A stretch of DNA of 61,854 nt, filler included. It is 6 parts of 6 records of this genome, joined end to end, with 100 filler letters (N's around TTAATTAATTAA, not from the genome) between each part and the next. Parts side by side here need not be neighbours in the genome. Positions count along the whole stretch, not along the records: positions 27,936 to 49,123 come from SRR2962707_4774; 5 more parts are not named here. The stretch is one strand, 5' to 3'. The notes beneath the pieces are model-generated. The model made no database searches and was not told the DNA's origin. It saw only the letters and a program-made list of their open reading frames with translations. Both the position numbers and the translations under genes were made by a program. This document shows, piece by piece, positions 28,486 to 39,792 of this stretch. Position 1 is the stretch's first letter, and each line of letters starts with the position of its first letter.

Positions 28486-31400
28486 TCTGCTGCCTCCTTG
28501 GTTGTGGCCGGAGCGTCGAGCCAGTCGACCTTGTCCATCTTGCGCACGATCACGAACTCATCCCGGTTCGAGCCGACGGTGCCGTAATAGTTGAAGCCGT
28601 AGCTCAACTGCGCATAACCGCCGATCATGTGGGTTGGCTTGAGAACCGTCCGGGTGACCGAATTGTGAATGCCGCCGCGCTTGCCGGTGATCTGGCTGCC
28701 CGGCGTGTTCACGATTTTTTCCTGGGCGTGATACATGAAGAGTGTCCCCTCCTTGATCCGCTGGCTGACGACGACGCGCGCCGTCAGAACCCCGTTGGAG
28801 TTGAAGACCTCGACCCAGTCATTGTCCTCGAGCCCAGCCTTGCCGGCATCGACCTCGGACATCCAGACCACCGGCCCGCCACGATTGAGCGTCAGCATCA
28901 GCAAATTGTCGGAATAGGTCGAGTGAATGCCCCATTTCTGGTGCGGGGTGATGAAGTTGAGCACCACATGCTTGCTGTCGCCGGTCTGCGACATAGCCGG
29001 AGCGATGGTCTTCAGGTCGACAGGCGGCCGCCATGTGACGAAGCCCTCACCGAAGGCACGCATCCATTCGTGGTCCTGATAGAGCTGCTGGCGTCCCGAC
29101 AGGGTGCGCCACGGGATCAGCTCATGCACATTGGTGTAACCGGCGTTGTAGCAAACCTCCTCGCTTTCGATCCCCGACCAGGTCGGAGAGGAAATGATCT
29201 TGCGGGGCTGTGCAGCGATATCGCGGAAGCGGATCTTTTCGTCCTGCTTGGCTGCTGCCAGATCAGCATGTTCCCGCCCGGTGATCTTTTCCAGCGCGTT
29301 CCATGCCTTGACGGCAACCTCGCCATTGGTTTCGGGCGCCAGCATCAGGATGACCTCGCAGGCATCGATCGCAGTATCGATCTTCGCCATTCCCTTGGTC
29401 ACGCCTTCATCGGTGACGCGACCGTTGAGGTCCTGCAAGTGATGCACTTCCACCTTGGTGTCCCAGGCGATGCCCTTGCCGCCATTGCCGACTTTTTCCA
29501 TCAAAGGTCCAAGCGCGCTGAAGCGTTTGTAGAGATTGGGGTAATCCCGCTCGACCGAGATGTAGTTCGGCGCAGTTTGCCCCGGGATCAGTTCGCATTC
29601 ACCGGCCTTCCAGTCTGCCACGAAGGGTTGCGCCAGTTCGCCAGGACTGTCGTGCTGCATCGGCAGCGACACGACATCGTCTTCCACCCCGAGCACTTCG
29701 GGTGCTACCTCGGAGAACTTCTTGGCAATCGCCTTGAAGATCTCCCAGTCCGACTTGCTTTCATAGGCCGGATCCACCGCTGCCTGCAGCGGGTGGATGA
29801 ACGGATGCATGTCGGATGTGTTCAGGTCATCCTTCTCGTACCAGCTGGCCGTCGGCAGCACGATGTCGGAATACACGCAGGTGGTCGACATGCGGAAATC
29901 CAGCGTCACCAGAAGGTCGAGTTTCCCCTCCGGCGCCTTGTCGTGCCATTTGGCCTCGACCGGTTTGACGCGACCTTCCTCACCCAGATCCTTGCCCAGA
30001 ACGCCGTGATCGGTGCCCAGCAGATGGCGCAGGAAATATTCGTGTCCCTTGCCCGAGGATCCAAGAAGGTTTGAGCGCCAGACAAAGAGGTTCCGCGGCC
30101 AGTTTTCCGGCGCATCGGGATCTTCGCAGGACATTTCCAGCGTTCCCGCCTTCAAGCCTTCAGCAACATATTCCGCCGCTGTCTTGCCCGCGGCCTTGGC
30201 CGCGCGCCCGACTTCCAGCGGATTGGTCTTGAGCTGCGGCGCAGATGGCAACCAGCCCATGCGTTCAGCCTGGATGTTGTAATCGATCAGGCTGCGCTCA
30301 GACCAGTTCCCGGCAGGCGCTGTCGGCGAAACGATCTCGCCCGCAGTCACTGTTTCGTAGCGCCACTGGTCGGTGTGCGCATACCAGGCCGACGTCGAGT
30401 TCATGTGACGCGGCGGGCGCGCCCAGTCGAGCGCGAAGGCCAGCGCGGTCCAGCCAGTCTGCGGGCGCAGTTTCTCCTGGCCGACATAATGCGACCAGCC
30501 GCCACCCGATTGCCCGACACAGCCGCACATCACCAGCATGTTGATGATGCCGCGATAGGCCATGTCCATGTGATACCAGTGGTTGAGGCCGGCACCCAGA
30601 ATGACCATCGACTTGCCGTTGGTCTTCTCGGCATTGGTGGCGAATTCCCGCGCCACGGCAATGATCCGGTCGGCCTTGACCCCGGTGATCTTCTCCGCCC
30701 AGGCAGGCGTAAACGGCACGTCGGCATCGTAGGATGTCGCCACATGCTCGCCGCCAAGACCGCGGTCGAGGCTGTAATTGGCGCAGAACAGATCGAAGAC
30801 TGTCGTCACCAGCGCCTCGCCATCCTTCAGCTTCAGCCGGCGAACAGGAATGTTGCGGGTCAGCACATCGGGATGATGGCATTTGGTGAAATGCTCGGTC
30901 GCGGCTCCCCCGAAATAGGGGAAATCGACCCCGACCACATCATCGTGATCATCATCAAGGATAAGCGTTGAGGTCAGGTCGACTGCATGTTCGCCTGCCT
31001 TCTCCTCAAGGTTCCAGTGTCCGCTTTCGCCCCAGCGGAAACCGATGGAACCGTTGGGGGCCACGATATCGCCAGTCTTGCTGTCAATGCCGACAGTCTT
31101 CCAGTCGGGATTGTTGGATTCGCCCAAAGCGTCGGTAAAGTCCGCCGCGCGCAGCATCCGGCCCGGAACGTAGCGGCCATCCTTCTTGTCCAGCCGCACC
31201 AGCAGCGGGAAGTCGGAATATTTGCGGGTGTAATCCTCGAAGTATGGCACCTGCCGGTCGAGATGATACTCGCGCAAAATGACATGGCCGAACGCCAGCG
31301 CAAGTGCTGCATCGGTGCCTGCTTGCGGGTTGAGCCAGATGTCGCCGAATTTGGCAGCCTCGGAATAGTCCGGGCTGACGACGGCGGATTTGGCACCGCG

Positions 31401-32219
31401 ATAACGGGCTTCCGTATAGAAATGGGCGTCCGGTGTGCGGGTCTGCGGCACGTTCGAGCCCCACAGGATCATGAAGCCGGAATTGTACCAATCCGCACTT
31501 TCGGGCACATCGGTCTGCTCACCCCAGGTCTGCGGGCTGGCCGGCGGCAGGTCGCAATACCAGTCGTAAAACGACATGCAGGTGCCGCCCATCAGGCTCA
31601 GATAACGCGAGCCGGCTGCATAGCTGACCATCGACATGGCAGGAATCGGCGAGAAGCCGAACACCCGGTCGGGGCCGTAAGTCTTTGTCGTGTGGACGTT
31701 CGCCGCCGCGATGATCTCGGTGACCTCGTCCCAGTCGGCGCGCACGAAGCCGCCCTTGCCGCGGGTCTTGGTGTAGCTGTCACGCTTGACCGGATCAGCC
31801 TGGATTGCCTTCCACGCCTCAACCGGGGTCATGGTCTTGCGCATTTCGCGCCACAGACGCATCAACCGGCCACGAACCAGTGGCGTCTTCACCCGGTTGG
31901 CCGAGTAGAGATACCAGCTGTAACTGGCGCCCCGGGCGCAGCCACGCGGTTCGTGGTTGGGCATGTCGGGCCGGGTACGCGGATAGTCGGTCTGCTGCGT
32001 TTCCCAGGTGACGATGCCGGATTTGACGTAGATTTTCCACGAACAAGACCCTGTGCAGTTCACACCATGGGTCGAGCGCACGATCTTGTCGTGCCGCCAG
32101 CGGTTGCGATAGACCTCCTCCCAGTCGCGGCTCTCGATGGTGGTCTGGCCATGCCCGTCAGCAAAAGTGTCCTGGCGGGTGGACTTGAGGAAATTCAGGC
32201 GGTCGAGAAGATGGCTCAT
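28482..32219 (-). CDS. narG: Respiratory nitrate reductase alpha subunit
   Basis: 1245 aa; STHGVNCTGSCSW, SFYDWYCDLP and ITPHQKWGIHS motifs. Confidence 0.98.
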
Positions 32220-32236
32220 CTTGCTCTCCTTTCAGA

Positions 32237-34966
32237 TCAGACTGCAGGGGTGGCGGACGCGGAACCACCGGCCCGCTCGGTTGCGGCCAAAAGGCCGCCC
32301 GGACGGGTGTAGTAGAACCAGGTCAGCACGACACAGATCACGTAGAAGCCGAGGAAACCCCAGAGAGCAGCCACCGGACCGCCTGTCATGGCGATCGAGG
32401 TGCCGTAGGCCTTGGGGATGAAGAAGGCGCCGTAAGCGGCAATCGCGGACGTAAAGGCAATGATCGCCGCACTTTCGCGCTCGGCCTGCTTGCGCAAGAC
32501 GTCGCCTTTGAGCTCCGGCATCAACCGCGGGATTTCCCGCCCCATGATCGCCGGGATCATCTGGAAGGTGGAGGCATTGCCGACACCAGTCAGGAAGAAC
32601 AGCGCCATGAAGGAAGCGAAGAAGCCCCAGAAAGCGCCTGGCTGTTCCTTGATGCCGAGGAAGAAGATCACCCCGAACACCGCCACGATCATTGCCAGGA
32701 AGGTCCAGAACGTGACCCTGCCGCCGCCGAACTTGTCGGAAACCCAGCCGGTTCCGGCGCGGGACAATGCGCCAACGAGCGGACCGAGGAAGACGAACTG
32801 CAGCGCGTTGACTTCCGGGAACTGCAGTTTGGTCAGCAGCGGGAAGCCGGCGGAATAGCCGATGAAGCTGCCGAAGGTACCGGTGTAGAGCACACACATG
32901 ATCCAGTTGTGCTTGCGGCTGAAGATGATCGCCTGCTCCTTGAAGCTGGATTTGGCGTCAGCAATATCGTTCATCCCGAGCCATGCAGCGATTGTCGCCG
33001 CGATGATGAAGGGAACCCAGATAAAGCCGGCGTTCTGCATCCACAGCTGGCCACCATCGGACATTGTCTGCGGCTGGCCGCCGAGCGCGCCGAAGACGCC
33101 TGCCGTGATGACCAGCGGCACAAGGAACTGCATCACCGAGACGCCGAGATTGCCAAGACCGGCATTCAGCGCCAGAGCGTTACCCTTTTCCGCCTTCGGA
33201 TAGAAGAAGGCGATATTGGCCATCGACGAGGCGAAGTTGCCGCCACCGAAACCGCAGAACAGTGCCAGAACCAGGAAAATCAGATAGGGAGTCTCCGGAT
33301 TTTGCACCGCATAGCCGATGCCCATGGCCGGCAGCAACAACGAGACGGTCGACAATGTCGTCCACAGCCGGCCACCAAAGATCGGAACCATGAAGCTGTA
33401 GAAAATACGCAAGGTTGCACCCGAAAGGCCGGGAAGGGCTGCGAGCCAGAACAGCTGGCCCGGGGTGAAGTTGAATCCGATGGCCGGAAGACGGGCAACA
33501 ACCACCGACCAGACCATCCAGACCGAGAAGGCCAAGAGCAGCGCCGGGATCGACACCCAGAGGTTCCGCTTGGCGATACGGCGGCCCTTGTCAGCCCAGA
33601 ATGTCGGATCTTCCGGGGTCCAGACCTCAAGCGTGTGGGTTTGCGCAGCATGTTCGGGAAGGTGAATGCTCTTCATTTCCGGCAGGCTGGGCAACTTGTC
33701 CAGAACCTCGCCGTGGGCAGCGCGCTCCATGGCCCGCACCGACAGGTGCATCCAGGCAAGCGAGATGGCAACGATGATAAACAGCAGCGCGAAGCAACTT
33801 GTGTAGATGCCGGTCAGATCGAGCAGAGCGCCAAAGGTGATCGGCAAAACGAAGCCGCCAAGACCGCCGATCATGCCGACGAGACCGCCGACCGAACCGA
33901 CATGGCTCGGGTAGTAGACCGGGATGTGCTTGAACACCGCAGCCTTGCCCAGGCTCATGAAGAACCCAAGCATGAACAGAATGATGACGAACGGCCAGCG
34001 TCCCATCTCGGTGGAGAAGGCGATCGCTCCATCCTTGCCCTGGATCACGTAATCGGTGGCCGGGTAGGACAGCATGAACAACATCAGCAGCGAGAAGCCG
34101 AAGCACCAGTACATCACCGAGCGGGCGCCGAAGCGATCCGACAAATGCCCGCCATAGGCGCGGAACAAGGACGCGGAAAGCGAGAACGCAGCAGCCGACA
34201 TGCCGGCGGTGCGGATATCGAGCGCGTAGACGTCGACCAGATAATGCGGCATCCACAGCGCCAGCGCCACGAACGCCCCGAAGACATAGAAATAGTAGAG
34301 GGAGAAACGCCAGACCTGCAGGTTCTTGAGCGGCGCGAATTGCTCGGCCAGACCGGGTGCCTTGGCGCCGGACTTGCGGCGGGCGACCAGTTCCGGATCA
34401 TCCTTGGCAAAAACGTAAAAGAGGATTGCGACAAGCACCAGGCCCGCCGCCCAGACATGGGCAACACCATGCCAGCCATAGGCCACCATGACAAAAGGAG
34501 CGATGAACTTGGTCACCGCAGCACCGACATTGCCGGCGCCGAAGATACCCAAGGCTGTTCCCTGCTTGCCTGCGCCATACCAGCGCGAAACATAGGCGAC
34601 CCCGATGATGAACGATCCACCGGCAAGACCAATGCCGAGCGCGGCGATCAGGTACATGGTGTAGGACGAGGCCCAGGTCAGCATCCAGGTTGCCGCAGCC
34701 GTCAGCAGCATCTGGATGGTGAAGACGTTGCGTCCGCCGTATTTCTCGGTCCAGACACCAAGGATCAGCCGGGTCAGCGAGCCGGTGAGGATAGGCGTCG
34801 CAACCAGCAGCCCGAACTGAAACTCGCTCAGTCCGAGCTCGGCTTTTATCTCGACACCGATAATGGAAAATATTGTCCAGACTGCAAAGCAGGCGGTAAA
34901 CGCGACCGTGCTCAGTGAAAGCGCTCGTGTGCGCTCACCCTCCGAGACTTGTCCCCTATCCAGCAT
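32237..34966 (-). CDS. narK: Fused NarK1-NarK2 nitrate/nitrite transporter
   Basis: 909 aa with two tandem NNP MFS domains (GTALGIFGAGNVG; GGGNFASSM and GVGNASTFQMIP). Confidence 0.95.
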   Translation of the reverse strand: MLDRGQVSEGERTRALSLSTVAFTACFAVWTIFSIIGVEIKAELGLSEFQFGLLVATPILTGSLTRLILGVWTEKYGGRNVFTIQMLLTAAATWMLTWASSYTMYLIAALGIGLAGGSFIIGVAYVSRWYGAGKQGTALGIFGAGNVGAAVTKFIAPFVMVAYGWHGVAHVWAAGLVLVAILFYVFAKDDPELVARRKSGAKAPGLAEQFAPLKNLQVWRFSLYYFYVFGAFVALALWMPHYLVDVYALDIRTAGMSAAAFSLSASLFRAYGGHLSDRFGARSVMYWCFGFSLLMLFMLSYPATDYVIQGKDGAIAFSTEMGRWPFVIILFMLGFFMSLGKAAVFKHIPVYYPSHVGSVGGLVGMIGGLGGFVLPITFGALLDLTGIYTSCFALLFIIVAISLAWMHLSVRAMERAAHGEVLDKLPSLPEMKSIHLPEHAAQTHTLEVWTPEDPTFWADKGRRIAKRNLWVSIPALLLAFSVWMVWSVVVARLPAIGFNFTPGQLFWLAALPGLSGATLRIFYSFMVPIFGGRLWTTLSTVSLLLPAMGIGYAVQNPETPYLIFLVLALFCGFGGGNFASSMANIAFFYPKAEKGNALALNAGLGNLGVSVMQFLVPLVITAGVFGALGGQPQTMSDGGQLWMQNAGFIWVPFIIAATIAAWLGMNDIADAKSSFKEQAIIFSRKHNWIMCVLYTGTFGSFIGYSAGFPLLTKLQFPEVNALQFVFLGPLVGALSRAGTGWVSDKFGGGRVTFWTFLAMIVAVFGVIFFLGIKEQPGAFWGFFASFMALFFLTGVGNASTFQMIPAIMGREIPRLMPELKGDVLRKQAERESAAIIAFTSAIAAYGAFFIPKAYGTSIAMTGGPVAALWGFLGFYVICVVLTWFYYTRPGGLLAATERAGGSASATPAV

Positions 34967-35040
34967 ATTCTTTCTCCGTTTCCAGCACAGGTCGAACCTG
35001 CGCGATCAAACGGAACTTGCCCAACACTTACCCAGGCGAC

Positions 35041-35054
35041 TTGACACAGATCAA
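35041..35054. promoter_or_regulatory. FNR/NarR-type box upstream of narK
   Basis: TTGAC-ACAG-ATCAA against the consensus TTGAT-N4-ATCAA, about 75 nt from the narK start. Confidence 0.8.
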
Positions 35055-35176
35055 GATGAAGGATCGCCACGGCCGCAATCGGCATGATTGGCAAAGAAAC
35101 AAATGGAGGGTCATAAATTACGATGTTTTAAAATACGCAGAACGCGAAGGTCACTAAACTTGAATCAATTGCTCGT

Positions 35177-35190
35177 TTGACTTTCATCAA
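35177..35190. promoter_or_regulatory. Second FNR-type box
   Basis: TTGAC-TTTC-ATCAA. Confidence 0.65.
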
Positions 35191-35524
35191 GAACATAATC
35201 TGCATGGCAGGTCATCTGTTCCCATTTCTTCATCCAGAACTGGGTAGAAATCGTCGTCTGATAGGAGGCGGACAAATGAGGTCACCATGCCAGGCGGCAG
35301 GGAGTGACATATGCGCGTGGACAGCACAGCTTGAGCCCGTGGCGGGCGTTGTGCTGAACATTGATCTACCGAAAGCGTGCGTGCCGACGATAGCTCCCTG
35401 ACACGTCGCTTGGCCGAGTTGATCAGCAATGGACCGAACACATTGATCACCAGAAGGCCGGTGTACCGTTGGGTTTCAGGCATACGATCCGGAATTCGTC
35501 TTTGTAGGTTTCAATGAAGCTCTA

Positions 35525-36715
35525 TCAGCCGGAACATGACGCGAAACGTGTACCTAGCTGGCGAATGGTGGCCACATCAGCATTGGCGAAGGCGACGCGC
35601 AGATAGCGCTCCAGCCCGTTGCCAAAGAACGAGCCGGGGATGGTGATGACGCCACTTTGCCGCGCCAGCCTGCGGGCGGCATCAAAAGCGCTCAAATCGG
35701 CAAACGGATGGCGGACAAAGGCGAAATAGGCGCCAAGTGCGGCAATATCCCATCCCTGCGCGCTGGCCATCACCTCGGTCAGCGCCGAAGCGCGCGCGGA
35801 GATCTCCAGCGTATTGGCGTGACGCCAGTCGCCAAGCGCCGGAATTGCCTTGGCCAGTGCGGCCTGCGGCGGCCGCGGCGCGCAGATCTGCAGGTTGTCC
35901 ATCACCTTGGCGACTTGGGAGATGAGCGCCTCGCCTCCCGTTATCGCGCCAACACGGTGGCCGGGAATGCAAAAGGATTTGGAGAAGCTGTAGAGTCCTA
36001 TCAGGTTGTCCTGCCAGTCCGGATTGGAAAACAGCCCGTGCGGCGCCCCCGCGTCAAGCGGCAGAAAATCGCGATAGGTCTCGTCGAGGATCAGCCAGAT
36101 GCCATGCTTGCGGCAGAGTTCGAACAGAGCCTGCAGCAGGCCTGCGGGATAGGTGGCGCCGGTCGGGTTGTTGGGCGTGACAACCGCCAGTGCGCGTACG
36201 CCGTCTCGGATCATCGCCTCAACAGCCTCAGGCGTCGGCAAAAAGCCGTCCTGCGCATGGCAGTCGACATAGCCGACCTTGACGCCGCTCATTGCCAGTG
36301 TCGTTTCGTGATTGAAGTAACACGGGTTGGTCAGGAGCACGGTATCGCCGGGACCGGCAATTGCCATCATTGCCGCCATGAAGGCCTGGTTGCAGCCGGA
36401 TGTAACGTGAATGTTGGCCGAATTGATGCCTGCCGCATAGATGTCGCTGACCCACTCCGCGTAGGTCGAGCGCAATTCCGGCTCACCCTCGATGTCGCCA
36501 TACCCAGCCATAGCCACCGAACTTGCCGCCTCGCCAAGCCAGCGCAACATGTCGGGATGCGGCGGATATCCGGGCACGGCTTGCGACAGGTCGATCAGCG
36601 GACCGAGACCTCCGTCATACTCCTTCTTCCAGGCCTGCACCTCGGGGATAGGCGGCGCGGCCAAGGTCTTGACGAGTGGATTGAAACAGGCGGTAGGCAT
36701 GATGGTGGCTTTCAT
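35525..36715 (-). CDS. Class I/II PLP-dependent aminotransferase
   Basis: DLSQAVP, VTPNNPTG, LDETY and SFSKSFCIPGHRVG (PLP lysine) motifs. Confidence 0.92.
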   Translation of the reverse strand: MKATIMPTACFNPLVKTLAAPPIPEVQAWKKEYDGGLGPLIDLSQAVPGYPPHPDMLRWLGEAASSVAMAGYGDIEGEPELRSTYAEWVSDIYAAGINSANIHVTSGCNQAFMAAMMAIAGPGDTVLLTNPCYFNHETTLAMSGVKVGYVDCHAQDGFLPTPEAVEAMIRDGVRALAVVTPNNPTGATYPAGLLQALFELCRKHGIWLILDETYRDFLPLDAGAPHGLFSNPDWQDNLIGLYSFSKSFCIPGHRVGAITGGEALISQVAKVMDNLQICAPRPPQAALAKAIPALGDWRHANTLEISARASALTEVMASAQGWDIAALGAYFAFVRHPFADLSAFDAARRLARQSGVITIPGSFFGNGLERYLRVAFANADVATIRQLGTRFASCSG

Positions 36716-37701
36716 GGATCCAGGTCGGCCGGATCGGTTTCACTGGGTTGCGAAGTCTGCGCCGGTTGCGCCCGGCGAATGGTCCGCCGCGCCGCAATCA
36801 ACGGCTCGGCTTTTGCGTCGTCTTCCTCGAGGCTGGAAAACAACCATTCTATGAAGGCGTCCACCACCGGCGTCGAGCGCAGATCATTGCTGCAGGCGAC
36901 ATAGAAAGCATGAACGGCAGGAACGGCAAGCTTGAACGGTACGATCACCTGTCCCTTGGTCAACAGGCTCGCCGCTGTCAAGGTGTCGCCGAGCGCTATG
37001 CCGTGGCCAAGCACCGCCGCCTCAAGCGCCAACCGCACATCGGAGAAATAGTGCTGCTGGCCGCCGGTGAGGCCGCTGACATCGGCTGCGGTTCGCCAGA
37101 TGTGCCATTCATGACCATTGTCGCCGTGCAAAATGGTGTGCTCGGCAAGATCCCGGGCGGTTCGGATCGGCCGATTGTTGATTAGCGACGGGCTGGCGAT
37201 CGGAAACAGGTCGAAATGTGACCACAGCTTGAGCCAGCAATCAGTCCAGCTGCCATCGCCATAGAGGATAGCGACATCGACATCGGGCGAATGGATCATC
37301 GCAGGATCATTGCCGGCGGTGAAGGTCAGCCGAATCTCCGGATAGCGCGCCGTGAAACTCGCCAGTCGCGGCATCAGCCACAGCGACAACAGCGCCGAAA
37401 CGCAAGAGATCGACAGCGATCCGGATTTCGCCGGCCTTGTCATGCGGGCGGTGGCGGCGGCAATTTCTCCGAATGCCGATGTCACTGAAGGTAACAGGTC
37501 TGCGCCATGTTCGGTCAAGGTCAGCCGCTGGCCGCTGCGGTTGAAAAGCTTGACGTTCAGCGAAAGTTCGAGCGCTTTGATCTGGTGACTGACAGCGCCA
37601 TGGGTGACGCAAAGTTCCTTCGCCGCCTTGGTCAGCGAGCGATTGCGTGCCGTCGCCTCGAAAGCGCGCAGCGGATTCAGCGGTGGCAGGCGTTGGGTCA
37701 T
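36712..37701 (-). CDS. LysR-family regulator (GcvA-like)
   Basis: LPPLNPLRAFEATAR..SLTKAAKELCVTHGAVSHQIKALE helix-turn-helix. Confidence 0.95.
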   Translation of the reverse strand: MTQRLPPLNPLRAFEATARNRSLTKAAKELCVTHGAVSHQIKALELSLNVKLFNRSGQRLTLTEHGADLLPSVTSAFGEIAAATARMTRPAKSGSLSISCVSALLSLWLMPRLASFTARYPEIRLTFTAGNDPAMIHSPDVDVAILYGDGSWTDCWLKLWSHFDLFPIASPSLINNRPIRTARDLAEHTILHGDNGHEWHIWRTAADVSGLTGGQQHYFSDVRLALEAAVLGHGIALGDTLTAASLLTKGQVIVPFKLAVPAVHAFYVACSNDLRSTPVVDAFIEWLFSSLEEDDAKAEPLIAARRTIRRAQPAQTSQPSETDPADLDP

Positions 37702-37716
37702 GAACGGGCGCTCCTA

Positions 37717-37735
37717 GTGTGAGAATAACTCACAC
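37717..37735. promoter_or_regulatory. LysR T-N11-A binding site
   Basis: Perfect palindrome GTGTGAG-AATAA-CTCACAC in the divergent promoter region. Confidence 0.75.
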
Positions 37736-37839
37736 GAACGGCACTAACAATATCAATTGCTTTCGCAGCGCTGCTTTGCAACATTTTGCTCGACGGCAGC
37801 GCAATTTGGCGCGCCATGATGTTTTGCAAGGATGAACCG

Positions 37840-38901
37840 ATGGCTTGGGACAAGACAAAGCTCGATGAACTCAAGGGCAAATACGCCGAGAGCCACGGCG
37901 GTGAACTGTTCAACCCGAAATTCCGGCGGGTTGCCGACAAGATTTTCACCGAGAGCGGCACGCGGCTCGCGCCCTATTCCGGCATCCCCACCTTCCTGAC
38001 CGCGCCTTACGTCGAGATTGACAACGACAATCCGGATTTCGGCGATCTGCAGGTGGCCATCATCGGCATGCCAATGGATCTCGGCGTCACCAATCGCAAC
38101 GGTTCGCGCTTCGGCCCGCGCGCCATGCGGACCATCGAGCGCATCGGCCCCTACAATCACGTGCTCGATTGCGCGCCTGTGCATGAACTGCGCGTTGCCG
38201 ACATCGGAGATGTCAGCTTTCAGAGCCGTTACCGGCTTGAGCTCAGCCACGAGGACATCGAGCGCCGCCTCCACCAGATCGTGGATGCCGGCGTATTGCC
38301 GCTCTCTGTGGGCGGCGACCATTCAATTACCCACCCGATCCTGAAGGCTGTTGGCAAGAACCGCCCGGTCGGCATGATCCACATCGACGCCCATTGCGAC
38401 ACCGGCGGCGCTTTCGACATGACCAAGTTCCACCATGGCGGCCCGTTCCGCAACGCGGTTCTTGATGGCGTGCTCGACCCGACGCGGACAATCCAGATCG
38501 GCATCCGCGGTGCGGCCGAATATCTCTGGGAATTTTCCTACGAATCCGGCATGACCGTCATCCATGCCGAGGAAGTCACCGGCATGGGCATTCCGGCGAT
38601 CATTGCGCGGGCCAAGGAGATCATCGGCGACGGCCCGACCTATCTCTCCTTCGACATCGACAGTCTCGACCCGTCGTTCGCGCCGGGAACCGGGACACCG
38701 GAAGTCGGGGGCCTGACGACCCGCGAAGTGCTGGAACTGATCCGGGGGCTCAAGGGCATGAACATTGTCGGCGGTGACGTGGTCGAAGTGGCGCCACAAT
38801 ACGATTCCACCACAAATACGGCGCAGGCCGGTGCGCAGGTGCTGTTCGAGATACTCAGCCTGATGGTTTTCAGCCCGGCGATCACCGGCGCGAGAGCCTG
38901 A
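37840..38901 (+). CDS. Ureohydrolase, agmatinase-like
   Basis: GGDHS, DAHCD, HGGPF and DIDSLDP..APGTGTP metal-binding motifs; start placed at ATG 37840. Substrate uncertain. Confidence 0.9.
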   Translation: MAWDKTKLDELKGKYAESHGGELFNPKFRRVADKIFTESGTRLAPYSGIPTFLTAPYVEIDNDNPDFGDLQVAIIGMPMDLGVTNRNGSRFGPRAMRTIERIGPYNHVLDCAPVHELRVADIGDVSFQSRYRLELSHEDIERRLHQIVDAGVLPLSVGGDHSITHPILKAVGKNRPVGMIHIDAHCDTGGAFDMTKFHHGGPFRNAVLDGVLDPTRTIQIGIRGAAEYLWEFSYESGMTVIHAEEVTGMGIPAIIARAKEIIGDGPTYLSFDIDSLDPSFAPGTGTPEVGGLTTREVLELIRGLKGMNIVGGDVVEVAPQYDSTTNTAQAGAQVLFEILSLMVFSPAITGARA

Positions 38902-38985
38902 AACGAAACCATTCGCCATTGAACGGAATGCAATGAGCAACGGCGGCAAACGCCGGATTCAACAAACCATTCCAGAGGGAATACC

Positions 38986-39789
38986 ATGTCACTGCATCAC
39001 ACCTTGAAATCTTCCATCGCCGCGCTGGCACTCATCGGCGCCGGCTTTGCCTTCACAGCGCCGGCCAGCGCTGATGCTGTTGCCGACATCCAGGCAGCCG
39101 GCAAGCTCAATGTCGGTGTCTTCGCTGATTTTCCGCCGTTCTCGTCCGCCAGCTCGGACATGAGCCTGAAGGGCTATGACATGGACGTGGCACAGGCGAT
39201 CGCCGATGCGCTGAAGGTCGAGCTGGTTCCTGTCGCCGTCACCGGTCAGAACCGCATTCCCTATCTCAACGACCACCGCGTTGATCTGCTGATGAGCGTT
39301 GGATACTCGGAGGAGCGCGCCAAGGTCATCGACTATGCCGCAGCCTATGCGCCCTACTATATAGCCGTCATCGGACCTGCCGCGACGGACGTTACCGAAG
39401 CCGCTGATCTCGCCGGCAAGTCGATTGCTGTCAACAAGGGCACGCTGGAAGACACCTCGCTGACCGAGGCCGCTCCAGAAGGCACTGACATCAAGCGCTT
39501 CGACAACTACAATTCGGTGATCCAGGCCTTCATCTCCGGCCAGACCGACCTGATGGTCGTCGGCAATGATGTTGGCGCAGGCGTGCTGGCCAAGCAGGAC
39601 GACATGAAGCCGGAACAGAAGTTCCAGCTGCTGAGCTCGCCTTCGCACATTGCGCTCAACAAGGGCGAAGATGCGCTGAAAACCGCGATCAACGACACCA
39701 TTGCCAAGATGATCGAAGACGGCAACCTCAATGCTTCCTCGCAGAACTGGCTGAAGGTTGATCTCAACCCGGAAAACCTCAAGGACTAG
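38986..39789 (+). CDS. Polar amino-acid ABC transporter substrate-binding protein
   Basis: Signal peptide; DFPPFS, GYDMDVA and NRIPYL motifs. Confidence 0.92.
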   Translation: MSLHHTLKSSIAALALIGAGFAFTAPASADAVADIQAAGKLNVGVFADFPPFSSASSDMSLKGYDMDVAQAIADALKVELVPVAVTGQNRIPYLNDHRVDLLMSVGYSEERAKVIDYAAAYAPYYIAVIGPAATDVTEAADLAGKSIAVNKGTLEDTSLTEAAPEGTDIKRFDNYNSVIQAFISGQTDLMVVGNDVGAGVLAKQDDMKPEQKFQLLSSPSHIALNKGEDALKTAINDTIAKMIEDGNLNASSQNWLKVDLNPENLKD

Positions 39790-39792
39790 ATC

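Noticed and set aside
37702-37840. Guanidine riboswitch upstream of the ureohydrolase
   Set aside because: No recognisable ykkC or mini-ykkC motif; the LysR box explains the region.
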